A DNA stretch of 64,000 bases from Octopus sinensis (GCF_006345805.1 NC_042997.1:125116001-125180000), one strand, 5' to 3'; shown: positions 12,003 through 25,368, counted from the first letter of the stretch. Program-made: numbers and translations. Notes: generated by a model from the sequence alone, not told the origin.

Positions 12003-14045
12003 TGTTTCTTTATTAGCCACACAGGGCTGCACACAGATAGAACAAATTACAAGGTAGAGCTTTTCTTTTGAAGGTTTAAAAAAAAAAAAAATAATAATAA
12101 TAATATAATAATAATAAAATAAAAAAATAAAATAAATAAAAAAGGGGGGGTCGATCAAAAGGGATCGTAAAAGGAGAGAAAGAGGACAAAAAAAAAGGGG
12201 GTTAAAAAAAAGGGGGAGAGGAAAAAAATTGATCAATAGGGATCGTTATCACAGAAATGTCAATATGAAGTGTAAAGGGGAGGACAGGTGAGGTTTACCC
12301 GTGGAAAGAAAAGCCTACGGAAAAGACCACGGTAACCTCGGTCAATGAAGTCACATGTTATATTTCTTTTTTTTTTTTGCAAATAAGCAACTCTCTGTAT
12401 TAATTTTTACGGTTCATAGAATCATAGTCAAGGTGGCTTCGTCAGTTCATACGTGCATCCTTGCTACATTCACCCATCTTTTTTTAAAACATTCACTAGA
12501 CAAAACTTGCCTCTCTACTCTCACATTTTTCTTCAAGTGATACTTGAAGAAGTTGATGAGAGATTGACCAGAGGAAAGTGTTTGTCTCTAATCCTTTCGG
12601 ACGCGTCCACCAGATACATTCTTTCGCCATAGCCACAAGTATGATAAAAATAGCTCTTCCTTCCCGTTTGAAGGAAGGAGGCGTGACGATATTAACGATA
12701 GACTCGGCTGATAAACCGACACGTCCCACACGTGACAGCAGTCGTTCGACATAAGCCCACAGGTCGGAAATTGCTGGACACTGCACGATTGCGTGCAGAG
12801 CGGTTTCGTCGCTCTGCCCGCATCTCGGGCAGGTCGGCCCCGTGTTTCTCGAGCCATGCCTATAGAGCTTATCCCGAACGGGTAGCGCTTCTCGGTAACA
12901 CCGCCAGGCCAGGGATCTCTGGAAAGTGTCCATAGGTCCCGGGCCGAAAGTCGTCCTGAACAGGCGGGTCAGGTATTCCTCGTCGACGCCCAGGTTTGCC
13001 CCGAGCTCGTCGTCGTACCTCCCCTCCACTAATCCCCTATAGAATGCTTTGGTTGTGTTGAAGTCACTCAAGGTCGACCCGGGACGGCAGAGTTGCTTGA
13101 GAGCAACGCGACACTCGCGGTGCCATTCGCCCTTCTTCGGCCTCTTTTTGATCCACGACTGTAGTTCGGTCATGGAGACGAGTTGCGGGAATGCGTGCCT
13201 CACAAACGGCGACCACACCTGTTCACCGTCGTCTACATAGAGCCGGAGATGTCGCAGTCTCAGCGCGTGTCTGCGCATCATCAACCACAGCATGCCCAGC
13301 CCTCCTTTTAACGGGTGTTGACAGCAAATGGATCGCCTGACCATCGGGACGCATCCTTTCCACAAGAAGCGGAAGAGGATGCGTTCTAGTTTGGTGATGG
13401 TAGGGTCGGGACAAGGTACGACGGTCAGGCGGTAGTAGATGATGGACGCGATGTACGCGTTCACCACCTCCGCCCGACCTTTTAGGGACAGTTTCCTCTC
13501 GGCCCATTGCTGGCGAGAGTGACCACCCTACTCGTTATCTCGTTCCAGTTCTTCTCCATTTGGAGGTCCGGACCGAACCAGACCCCGAGCAACTCAACCG
13601 GGCCGTCTGTCCAGCGTCCCACGACGGAGGTACTGGTGGACGGCATGGGCTTGCTTCTCCAGGTGCCGAGCCGCAAGCCCACTGACTTTTCCCGGTGATT
13701 TTTGCTCCTGTCACCGCTTCGTAGTCTTTCAGTGTCTCGCCGACCCGCTCGATGTGCTCGTGGCTTGACACTATGACGGTGACGTCGTCCGCGTATGCAG
13801 ACACGCTCGTCCCGCATCCTAATTCTCGCGGGATGCCCCTCAGAGTCGCCAGCTTCCGCAGTAGTGGCTCAAGAGTCAATACGTATAGAAGCGCCGAGAG
13901 GGGGCATCCCTGACGGACCGAACGTGCAATGTCGAAGGGTCTCGATAGATGTCCATTTACGCGAATTACCGAACGGATGCCTCTGTACAAGGCAGCTATC
14001 CAGCCGCGGAAGACGGGACCGAAACCAGCCGCTCTCAGGACTGCC
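12003..14045 (-). mobile_element. L1/Tx1-clade LINE, 5'-truncated (~2.0 kb), with (TATC)n tail
   Basis: RT motifs VRQGCPLSALLYVL and AYADDVTV; C-terminal zinc-binding region (WRCYREALPVRD..CPRCGQSDETALH..C); ~410 bp 3' UTR with AATAAA then (TATC)n; (GATA)n also at the 5' junction, 14046-14066. Confidence 0.95.
12416..14045 (-). pseudogene. Tx1 ORF2 C-terminal half (RT plus zinc-binding region), broken by small deletions
   Basis: ORF-track pieces 13535-13990, 13482-13817 and 12496-13467 join into one protein if 1-2 bp deletions near 13690, 13505 and 12565 are corrected. The true stop is likely ..EATLTMIL* near 12416. Confidence 0.85.
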
Positions 14046-14487
14046 TAGATAGATAGATAGATAGATTATTTTTGTATGTTAATGTGTATGTGCGTATGTG
14101 TGTGTGTGTGTGTTATTTATTATTTAATTAAAACGTGGATTCAATAATTTTTGGAATGGTGGATCGCGAACATCATAAGCTCTTGGATAGAACAGGCTGC
14201 ACTTGGAACTCGAAGCCAAATCCCCTGTAGGCATGACAGGCAATTCTCTTGGAACAAAGCATAAATTCTTATGACGTCAACAATGTACGGTATTTCTTGG
14301 AAGAATAAAATTTCTAAAATAGATAGAGACTTTCAAATGATTTGGTAAAACGCCTGTCATATCTTCCAAAGACGTGTGTTCGATTCTCGCAGACGCATTC
14401 GAAATTGTGTATCCAAATTTAGCCCGAACACACCCATACATATCTGTATATATATATATATATATATAAAGCAAATAAGTAACAATA

Positions 14488-15617
14488 ATGTCCTGGTACC
14501 AGTGCACTACGGCCGTTTCAAAAGGCTAAATTTATTGATCAATGAAAACATATCAATTTGAAATAAACTGCTCTCCTCGGACGCATACGACCGTATAGAT
14601 TTCCAAAATACAAGATACACCAATATATTTAAATAAATATTTTTTCCGAGGTTTTAAATAAGTTTACCTGATATAGAAATATTTATCTTATTTTTCTAGC
14701 ATTTAATCATTGGTTTTTATTCAATATAAAATGGGTACCCCTACTTGGATGACATCTGAATTCAATTATACGTTCATTATTGAATAGTCTTAGCATGAAT
14801 ACCTTAGCATTATTCTAGGAAAAGCATTATGAGGTTTCTCCTATATATAAAAGAACTCCCACTTTTATGGCTTATGTTCACTTATCTATCCTTACTTGGT
14901 TTTTAAATCGTTTTCTAAATTTTGATATTTTAATATACTATCTTTGAATCCATAACTTTTCCCATACTTTTTAATGCCCACACTTAGATCCCATTGTGAC
15001 CTCTTTTGTTTTACATTTTGGCCCCTATTATTTGATAATCATAATATGTTAAGTCACCGCTGTCTTTCCTCTTTCTGGTTAATACCTCCTTTCTATATAT
15101 CATTATCGTATTAGCAACTTCTGAGACTATTCTTTTATGAAGATATGGCTGGTTTTATGGTCCCAATGAAATAGGAGTAGGGGAGAGTAATTGACATTAA
15201 TTCATTTATCACCACCAACAAGAACTTAACTGTCAATTCCCATTGGATTTAAATTTAAGGGGTTGCAGACTACATGCTGCATTGAAGCTTATGAATGTGA
15301 TAAGGATAAAGATGAATGTAGCTATATCATCATTCCTCTTTCTTGACCCCCATTATTTCCTTCTGCCACTCTAAATTAGTATTTTTTCCCTAAAATCATA
15401 CTGTCAGAAAAATAGCAAAGAGAAGGAATGTAATTATTTTGGTCATCAGTACTGATGAAAAAATTGCTAAAAAATTATAATGTTGTATCCTGTGTGTTGG
15501 AAATCTATATGGTCATGTGCAACCGAGGAGAGAGGTTTATATCAAATATGTGATGTTTTCATTGACCGATTAAATGGAGCGGCTTGAAACGGCCGTAATG
15601 CACTGACATCTGGACAT
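14488..15617 (-). mobile_element. Penelope-like element remnant with inverted terminal pseudo-LTR copies
   Basis: ~140 bp diverged inverted repeats (14488-14630 and 15470-15617), each with a hammerhead-like CCGAGGA...GAAAC GGCC GTA motif. Minus-strand SHKSGSSLYIGETS (GIY-YIG-like) around 14830-14875. Confidence 0.65.
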
Positions 15618-15848
15618 ATTTCTTGTTAATTATTTGCTTTTTATCCACCTAACTTTGAGCTGTGCGGACCATACCGGACTGATTTAGTGCCTCAGCTTAA
15701 GTACCTAATTCAAATGAATCTTAATTATTTCTTAACTCGTTAACAATATGTGTGTATGTATGTATGTAAGTACGTATGTATGTATGTATGTATGTATGTA
15801 TGTATGTATGTATGTATGTATGTATGTATGTTGTATGTACGGATATAT

Positions 15849-16013
15849 AGGCGCAGGAGTGACCGTGTGCTAAGTAGCTTGCTTACCAACCGCATGCTTC
15901 CGGGTTCAGTCCCATTGCGTGACACCTTGGGCAAGTGTCTTCTACTATTGCCTCGAGCCGACCAAATCCTTGTGAATGATTTCGGTGGACGGAAACTGAA
16001 AGAAGCCGTCGTA

Positions 16014-16074
<61 letters not shown>

Positions 16075-16133
16075 TATATATATATATGTATGTGTGTATC
16101 TGTGTATGTCCCCCCAACATCGCTTGACAACCG
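15849..16133 (+). mobile_element. SINE family A, 5' two-thirds
   Basis: aggcgcaggagtgaccgtgtgctaagtagcttgcttacc...gggttcagtcccattgcg, (TA)n, ..ccccccaacatcgcttgacaaccg. Confidence 0.85.
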
Positions 16134-16382
16134 TAAAATGTAAATGGGAATTTATAAAATTATTGAAGAGGCTAGACGCAATTTAAAACCATAAAGGCAC
16201 AATTCAATAGTCACTAAAGGTGATTAAGGGTGATACTCAGCGCCAATACTGGTAGAAACACAAGTAAGACCTTTTTAACCCTAAACAGGGCACGATTCTA
16301 TTTACTGGCAAAGGAGACAACCTCTAACAGCAAGTGAAAGTGACAAATCGACCGGCCGATTTCGGCAGTAAATAGAATCGTA

Positions 16383-16602
16383 CAGTATACTCCCGAGTAT
16401 CGTGGGTGTTACGTTCCAAAACCCCACAGGATAGGTGAAAATCCGTGAAGCAGAAACAGTACTGTACTGTATATTTATTTATATTTTTAGAATTTGTATA
16501 TATTTCTTTTATTATAAATGCAAAACAACGCCATAGAGGAATCGACGTAAGCTTAAAAAATAAACCGCGATAAGTGAACCGCGATATGGCGAGGGATTGA
16601 TG
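16383..16602. mobile_element. Decayed Tigger/pogo-like MITE
   Basis: TA|CAGTATACTCCCGAGTATCGTGG ... CCGCGATATGGCGAGGGATTGATG. Weak TIR similarity and an AT-rich interior; the right TA is not preserved. Confidence 0.45.
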
Positions 16603-17087
16603 GGTGTATATATGTGTGTGAGCGTGTGTTTGTGTGTGTGTGTGTGTGCGTTTGTTTTTTTATGCTTCTCAACTAACAGCACTTATGTTAACAAACATCC
16701 CCGTAAATTAGCTTTTCAGGAAAAGTCCAACGACAAAAGTCATACTAGTGGGGTCACTTCGTTCAAACAGAACACTTCGAGGTGGTGAACCAGCATGACC
16801 CCACACAAATTAATGAAGCAAGTGAAAGATAGAAAAATATATCAATGTTTTTTTGTGGGTATTGTAAATATATCCAATACTTAATCGGATAACTAAGCGT
16901 TCCACAAATTTGAAAGGTACAAAATAAATACATTCGGAGAAAGATGTACGAATATTTAGTTTTATTTGAAACAAATATATTGTATGTTATAATCCATTTC
17001 AGCACTGGAAGATTGGAAGTTAATCCATTAGAGTAATATCTGAAAAACTTTCATCTACTGAAACAAGTAATAAGACGCAAGCTATTG

Positions 17088-17160
<73 letters not shown>

Positions 17161-18045
17161 AAAGTGAAACTAACGTTCATATATGCATCAATATACATGA
17201 ACATATATTTGTCTATTTGCGTATATAAACTTGCATATAGGTACAAATATATATATATATATATGTTTATGTAGATACATACATACATACATATATGCCT
17301 TTATTAATGTATGTTTCTTATCTACATACATACACACATATTAAACAAACAGTTATACATGCAAGAACGTGTATGTGCAACTATCTGTGAATTTGCATAT
17401 ATAAATGTAGATAATACACATATATAATAATGAATATATATATATATATATATATTACACACACGCATACCTTAATACACATACACACATATACGTATGT
17501 ATGCATGCATGCATGTATGTATTGTTAATGTATTTACTATATAGAAATCCTTACATACACAGTGGGATACATATGAGCAGACATAGTTAAATGCATGCAT
17601 ATACACATACATAACAATCCAGAAGGAGAATTATCATAGAAAACCGTTTCCATAACTTCATCTCCTCCAACGCTACTACACATTCAAGTTTTCCGAAAAA
17701 AAACCTTTGGAGCGCATGATTATATGAGTAAAAGCTTAAGTGAAAATCTAAAAAAGCATGGATTTCCTGTCAAAGAATGAAACTGACTAACAAGTGCTTT
17801 GTAAATTCATTCTGTAAGTGGAACAGTAAAAATACGCGGTTTTTCTAAAGTTCAATATGTAATTCTTATCATTGCAGTGACCACAATTCTGGCGATGGAA
17901 TATTTCTCTCTGTTTTAGAAACTAGCTCCTTCATTTTAGGAATAATTCTTATAAATAAATAAGAAAGTGGAAGCGTACGTATATTTGTACATGTGTGTTT
18001 GTTTATTTCTTCTCCTTCGTCATCGTCTTCTTCTTTTTCTTCATC

Positions 18046-18174
18046 CTCTTCTTCTTCTTCTTCTTCTTCTTCTTCTTCTTCTTCTTCTTCTTCTTCTTCT
18101 TCTTCTTCTTCTTCTTCTTCTTCTTCTTCTTCTTCTTCTTCTTCTTCTTCTTCTTCTTCTTCTTCTTCTTCTTC
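18046..18174. repeat. (TTC)n microsatellite
   Basis: Directly visible. Confidence 0.97.
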
Positions 18175-18588
18175 TCTTCCTTTTTACTCTTCCCCTTCTC
18201 GCCCTCTATCTCCTTCCTGTTCTTATCTTCTGTCTTACATATTATTATCGTCATGGATTTGTCTGTTAATACTACACTTTCATTCTTATATTTACGTATT
18301 GCATCTTTGTTTCCATACATAAGCAACATGGAAATCGAGACTGTCACACGTTTTCTTTTGCAAGCCTGATGAAATGATGTCTTCAACTGAATGTGTTACG
18401 TAACTTGTCATGTGAAATCATTTTGTCCAATGGCGTTAAAAAGAGATTGCTGCCGAAACAATTGTAACTAGTAGTAAAGATTACCATATTCATTGTTCGT
18501 CTTCGTATTACGATTATACATACATATACAGAGATATATATACTCACACTCAAACACACACACACACGCACACGCACACGCACACATA

Positions 18589-18622
<34 letters not shown>

Positions 18623-18730
18623 TAGATAGATAGATAGATAGATATGTTTGTGCATGTGTGATGTATGGAGATGTGCGTATATTGACGTCTTTGTTGGTAA
18701 GTATATATGTGTTTTCTTTAGCTCTCTCTT

Positions 18731-18770
<40 letters not shown>

Positions 18771-20014
18771 TCTTATACTTTCGCAGCTCTGCATTTCTTT
18801 GTCGACGCTGCTGCCATTCCACGAAGACCATTTTAACGAGACATTCATGACTGATACAGCTCTAACCCAAACCAGGTAAAATATTATGAGTTTATTCAGC
18901 TGATCACACGAATGTATGTTATTCCTTTGATGTGACTGCGATGCTATTGAACTGTGCCACGCTACATGGCCTATACATCGCTACCTATATAGTTATTATT
19001 CTTTTATATTGCTTATGTTAATTTTTCTCTTGTTGTTTTATTATTTAGACTTGCAGAAATTAGTCTCCATACGCGATTATTGAAATCAGTTTCAACAATT
19101 AAATCGAAATCTATCCTGTACTGTCCATATCAGTTATCTACTTCATTGTTATATTACAATATTACAGCATTTTGGATGTAGAAATAATGGTTTTATGCTC
19201 ATCACCTCTTTGATCTTGCGATATTGAATAGAACTTCTCGTACTTCTATTATAGTAACTACAATGCTTTTTGTTTCATACAGAATCGACTATAGTATTCT
19301 GCTAGACAAACACAGACCCAGTGACAAGCTGGGCTGCACATCGTTAATGATAATTGCAGAACAAAAGCAAATTTCGTTCTCTGGCTCGAGACCGGTTTAA
19401 TCGTCTTTAATGTGGCTACCGCAACCAAATAGACGCACACGGTTATGAGAGAGAAGCCTCTATGTACGTAATCTGCAACGTAGAGACTGGAGGCAAATAT
19501 TCCTCGAGTAAAAAGAACATATTTGATATTATAGTGTTACATGTACATAAGTGAAGGCGCGTGGCGTGGTGTTATGTGCATGATAAAAGCTAGAACGGTA
19601 ATTCGTGAGTTCGTTTCTCGGATTGTTTAGTGCATTGTGACTTTCAAATGGCTTCAGTTCTATCATTTGTAAATGTGTATCAGCGACAGCTGTGGGGGCC
19701 AACACTTCGGTGGAGTGACATCCCGTTGAAGAGCAGTCTTGTAGTCTCTGCGACAACAGGAGAAGCGGGAATGACTGCGGTATAATAGACATGTTAACTC
19801 GAGACTAACTTTAATTTAACTAAATATAAGCTTAAAATCCGATAGTTTCGTAGAGGTACATTTGCGAATGTTTGCTCCATGAAGGTTGATCTGAGATTGT
19901 TTTCTGGAAGCTTAGGTCTTATAAAGCTGGTTACTTGGTTTCCACGACGTATACAGTATGTTCAGGCTCCTTTTACACACATATAATTATTCATAAATTT
20001 GTTCATTTACATCA

Positions 20015-20280
<266 letters not shown>

Positions 20281-21049
20281 TATATATATGTATGTATACA
20301 TATACTCATTCAGTTTGGTGTATATTGCTGAAAAGTCAACGGTGTAGGAGAGTATGGAGATTATAGATGTAGATTAGAAAAGCTGGCATGGAAGATTGGA
20401 AGCCATCTGAATATTGGAAAAGAGTTAACCATACCATAATGTCTCGCGCCGGGTGTTAAAATGTTATTATGACTGTTGCTCAGTGCTCTGAACACTGTAA
20501 AGGCTGTATGGCGTGACATAGAGAGCTGCAACAGAGACTACAAAGCTATGGTTAGAGAGAAGGGACACACCAAGCGGTCAGCATCTTGCAATTCATCCCC
20601 GCATCTGTGGACAGAGTCTTAAGCTCAATTGAGACATCTCTGTGCAGACTGGTGGAGACTGTGGTCAATCCGTTGCTGGGGATGGCTGCTGCTGGTTGGT
20701 TATATGTGTAGCAACAGAATTCAGCTCGTTGCCAGAATCTATACATATTTTATGCATATATATAAATATATATGTATACATATATGTATATATATATATA
20801 TTATATATATATATATATTATATATATACATATGTATGTATTTATACATGTAAGTACTTGTGTGTATACGAAGTTCTATGGAAAGTTCTGTCTGAGTACA
20901 TGTGTGTTTGAATATGTGGAAAATTGTTTCTTGTAACAACTATAATTATAGTCACCTTCACTGATGCATAATCATTGAATGGAGACGTTTCTTAGGATAA
21001 CATGAAGTTCCAATATAGAGAAAATGCCAAGGAACAACAAGGCAAGGAG

Positions 21050-21530
21050 TATACTTGTAACATTATGAATTTACGAGTTTTATCGAGGATATAATACAAG
21101 CAGGGGAACTAAAAGTGCTCAAAAAAGCTCACAGTAAAGTTGCAGTGAATGAAAGAACTTGCAAAGGATATAAGAATTTCAATTCATTTAATGATCCCTT
21201 TTCAAGACTTCTTTCCAAATTAAATGACGAAATACTGGAGGCAGCACTTGCAAGGAATCCTGTTGTGACAATGATAGAGAGCATTCGGTTGAACTTCATG
21301 TTAGCATCATAACGAATCATAATCATTTAAAGAAGCTAGGAAAAGTTCTAAATTGAGTGAAATGGTTTCTTCGAGTTTTTCATCGAAAATCTAACAAACG
21401 CTTGCCTTAGAAATGTCTCTATGTATACACGCAACATCGAAACACTATTTTAAAACCGGATCGTGAATGGAGATTAAGAAATGGTTTCTTTAAAGCAATA
21501 TGAAGTGACGCAGCCTATGGTTAGGCCAAT
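21050..21530 (+). mobile_element. Degenerate mariner transposase relic (N-terminal HTH region to first catalytic D)
   Basis: SKLNDEILEAALARNPVVT...NRIVNGD*/KWFL*SNMK*RSLWLG, resembling the mariner RIVTGDEKW motif. Confidence 0.75.
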
Positions 21531-21543
21531 ATATATATATATA

Positions 21544-22070
21544 TTGGGTTGTCCTGAAAGTTCGTGCCGATTTTTAAAGGAAAGAAAAAGGTCAATAAAT
21601 ACTTGCCATTACATTTTTAATCAACCAAATATGAACCATTTTATTGCACAATGCGTCTCCATCTTTCCTTTAACTTGAAAATACCCTCTTTCCAGAATTG
21701 AGGTGGTTTCATTGCAAAGAATTCATAAAGGTATCTTTTTATGTCATCCAAGGAATTGAAATTTTTACCATTAAGACTATTCTGCAGAGACCTGAATAAG
21801 TGGAAATCCGAAGGAGCAATATCTGGTGAATGTGGAGGGTGGGGTAACACATCCCAGCATCAAGTGCTGAAAATGAACTTTGTTATCTTCCATTTTAAAG
21901 GGTTACAAAATTAAGACAGATTATAGGAGCATAAACCTTCTTCCACGAAAAGATAGCTTAAACTGTGCTCTAAATGTAGGTGTAGTCAAATCCTATTTTA
22001 TGGACTCAACCATGTTATAAGTCGAAATGTAAGCTACTATGAATCGGCAAGAACATTCCGGACAACCCAA
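21544..22070 (-). mobile_element. Second internally deleted mariner element (same family as 3771-4336)
   Basis: Same TIR (TTGGGTTGTCC.GAAAGTTCGTGCCG). Encodes LPHPPHSPDIAPSDFHLFRSLQNSLNGKNF. Inserted in a (TA)n tract. Confidence 0.9.
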
Positions 22071-22086
22071 TGTGAATTATATATAT

Positions 22087-22128
<42 letters not shown>

Positions 22129-22667
22129 ATATATAAACGTACACGAATATGAGGTGCTGGGGGCTCAGACAAAGATATTTTCACTGAGTATTTGGTAGTT
22201 TACGGAAGGAATAATTCTTTAAGATCTCTGAGAGTCGAATCAAACTACCGCTTCTAAAGTCAACTATCAGCATGGTCACCATTTCCATAGTGCTCTGGCC
22301 AGAAAAAATCTGACTTAATAACCGGCAGGGGAGGGTTACTTTCATCAGGGTAAATACAGATATCACAAAAATTGCTCTGCAAACGTTTCAGACTCCGCTC
22401 TGTCAGACACATTTATTTCGATCCTTGCGAAAGCAAACTCATATGAAGAGAATGGCGAGCAAGGAAATCATAGCAAAGTAATTAGATATATATTGAAATT
22501 CAAAACTCAAAACTTACAAATGGATGGAGAGAAAATGTAAGCAATTGTATGTTGTATCTTTTGTAGCTCCTACTTGTTTTAGTCATTTGACTGCCGCCAT
22601 GCTGGGGCACGGCCTTGAAGGGTCCCGGTCGAAGAAATCGACCCCAGAAATTTATTAAAGTCGGGTA

Positions 22668-22767
22668 NNNNNNNNNNNNNNNNNNNNNNNNNNNNNNNNN
22701 NNNNNNNNNNNNNNNNNNNNNNNNNNNNNNNNNNNNNNNNNNNNNNNNNNNNNNNNNNNNNNNNNNN
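22668..22767. other. Assembly gap of exactly 100 N
   Basis: Run of N. The round size suggests a scaffolding placeholder, so adjacency across it is uncertain. Confidence 0.99.
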
Positions 22768-24915
22768 TGAAAAATATTCTATATCTCATTTTTACTTTAA
22801 TTTCATTTGAAGCATCTCTCTTTGCAAACTTTATTAAGTTATTCACTTTACGACGTCGTCATCTATGGAGATTGGTTTCTTCTTTGCCTTCTTTCCCGTT
22901 ACATATGTAATATCCTGTAATACGACTGAGAGTAGATACCTCACTGTAGCATTCCACGTATTCACTAAACGAAAAGAACGGTACCATAGTAAGTTGGGAA
23001 TCTTCGATTAACTGAGATTTTCCGTAGAATTAGTCGAAAAACAAAAATGATGCAAACTCAGAACTTTTCACATTTCAAACATCAAACAAGGGAGGTAATT
23101 TCAATGGCGTCAATTAAGCGAAGCTTTCGGAAAACTCTAGCAATGCAGATAGGAATGGATCTTCGCTATCCCATAATACTATAACATCATTAAAAAAATG
23201 TTCATCATTATCATCATTGTCCTCACTACCTAATAAGTAGTAGTAGTAGTGGTAGTAGTAGTAGTAGTAGATTTAAGAGATGGAATCTGCAGGGAAATAT
23301 TAAAAGTCGAGAATTAATATTGAAACAAAAGCAGTAATAACGATAATGTAGGAATAATCGTAGTGTTCAATGATTTACTGTCAACATCCTTTTAGCCTAA
23401 GCTCATTCCATTTTTCGCTTTTAATCTTAAGACCTCGCTTTCAGCTTATTTGGCTACAAACAATATGAAATTACAGTGTAGGTTAACTAAATTAATCATT
23501 TCATATTCTTTCTATTTACAGAGTTTTGTCAAATGTTTACTGCTGAAATTAAAGAAATTTTCTGTTGTAAAATCATTCTATTGGAGAGACTAAAGGTTAA
23601 GTCGAGATTTAAAATTTTTCATCATATGAGATAAATCTTTTAGAAAATAAATATGTTGTCTGCAATATTTTAGCAAGTAAAATCAGTTCGGTAGTCACTT
23701 GACTGGTTGTGATCGATGAAAACAAGAGATTCTATGGCATGTCTTATAGATAGAAATATCAATATATTAGCCTGGTTTTTGCAGACATTCTACATCGCAT
23801 ACGTATCAGTATATATGTATCTAGATGAACGTATGTGTTTATAAATGGAGCAGCCAGTTGTTTATGTATGATTTACTTTAATATGATATACGTGTCAATG
23901 TAAATTATAATTTATGCATGTGACTATAACAAAAATTTTGTTAAGTCTAACTTAGGTTTAAATCCAATATCCAAACTTAAATAATTGTTGAACAGCCATA
24001 TGGAAGAAATGTTCTTCGTGTCACGATTCCGACCTTAAACCTTATGCTTCAAAATCATAAAGTATCCGAAATGGATTATGTTAACGTACAGTCGTCCATT
24101 AATATACCTGCGTGGGTTGCTAGATATATTATCTGAAATGGAATAACGTGTTCTAAATCTCTCACCCTTACTATAACTTCAACTTTCCAATAACTACAGC
24201 ATTTTCCCATATATCAATATTATATGTTATCATATCGTTGAAAAACGTTCTTACCAAGGTGTTGATGTTGGATAAATGACATTGCTGTTGGCAGAGGGTA
24301 GAAAACAATAATTATTGTATGCCTCCTGTGCGGCGTCTTTCAACATGAGAGCTCGCTTTCTGTAAAGCACACAGAAACCATAATGTCTGTTGCATATCAC
24401 ATGTGAGGCGATTTTCAATGTAAAAGCTTGCTTCTTGGAAAGAGGTATGTATAATAGAAATGCAACATCCACAACCGTAGGAACTTTTCCATAGTTCACA
24501 ATGTCTCTTAGATTTTTAATGTTTTCATAACCGAAACAAAATATTCTGGCGATGAGAATAAATAATATTAAAGAAAATATGAAAGCAGCTGCTCAAATCA
24601 TATTTTATGGTTAGCTCAGAGCGGTGAATTCATGCAGAGCGTCTAAGTCTATTGGGAGGAGTGCAAGAGTTTATTCCTACAACAGGGAAATGCTCGGAAA
24701 GCTCCTATATCGATGGAACTTCCGAATATGGAATCCAAAGGCAAGGTTGTGGTGTTAAAAACCGTGAACAATTCATGCTACAACACAAACATTAGAAATG
24801 GTTAACAAATAGGTTTGCACTCAGTCACATGAAACGTATAATATCCATCCCGCTCTCCCTTCCTCGCTCTCTCTCTCTCACACACTCATATACCTTCTCT
24901 CTAGCATTGCATATA

Positions 24916-24974
<59 letters not shown>

Positions 24975-24995
24975 TATATAATATATATATATATG

Positions 24996-25029
<34 letters not shown>

Positions 25030-25044
25030 TGTATGTATAGATAG

Positions 25045-25120
<76 letters not shown>

Positions 25121-25272
25121 CAAATAGATAGAAAGGGAGAGAGAAACAGAGAGAGAGAGAAGCTTTTTTATTATTTTATAAATATATTACATTAAGAAAT
25201 ATATTGGCAGGTACTCCGATACATATTCATATGATTTGATACAGAATAGTATATAAATAAAGCTCATATATA

Positions 25273-25368
<96 letters not shown>

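Noticed and set aside
14500-15605. CAGTGCA(C/T)TACGGCCGTTTCAA ends as TIRs of a DNA transposon
   Set aside because: No TSD. Homology extends ~140 bp and contains ribozyme-like cores with a YIGET remnant between, which fits a Penelope-like element better.
18366-18470. CTGATGA ... GCTGCC GAAAC AATT GTA as a hammerhead
   Set aside because: The 5' strands needed for stem II (GGCAGC) and stem I are absent. At most an orphan 3' half.
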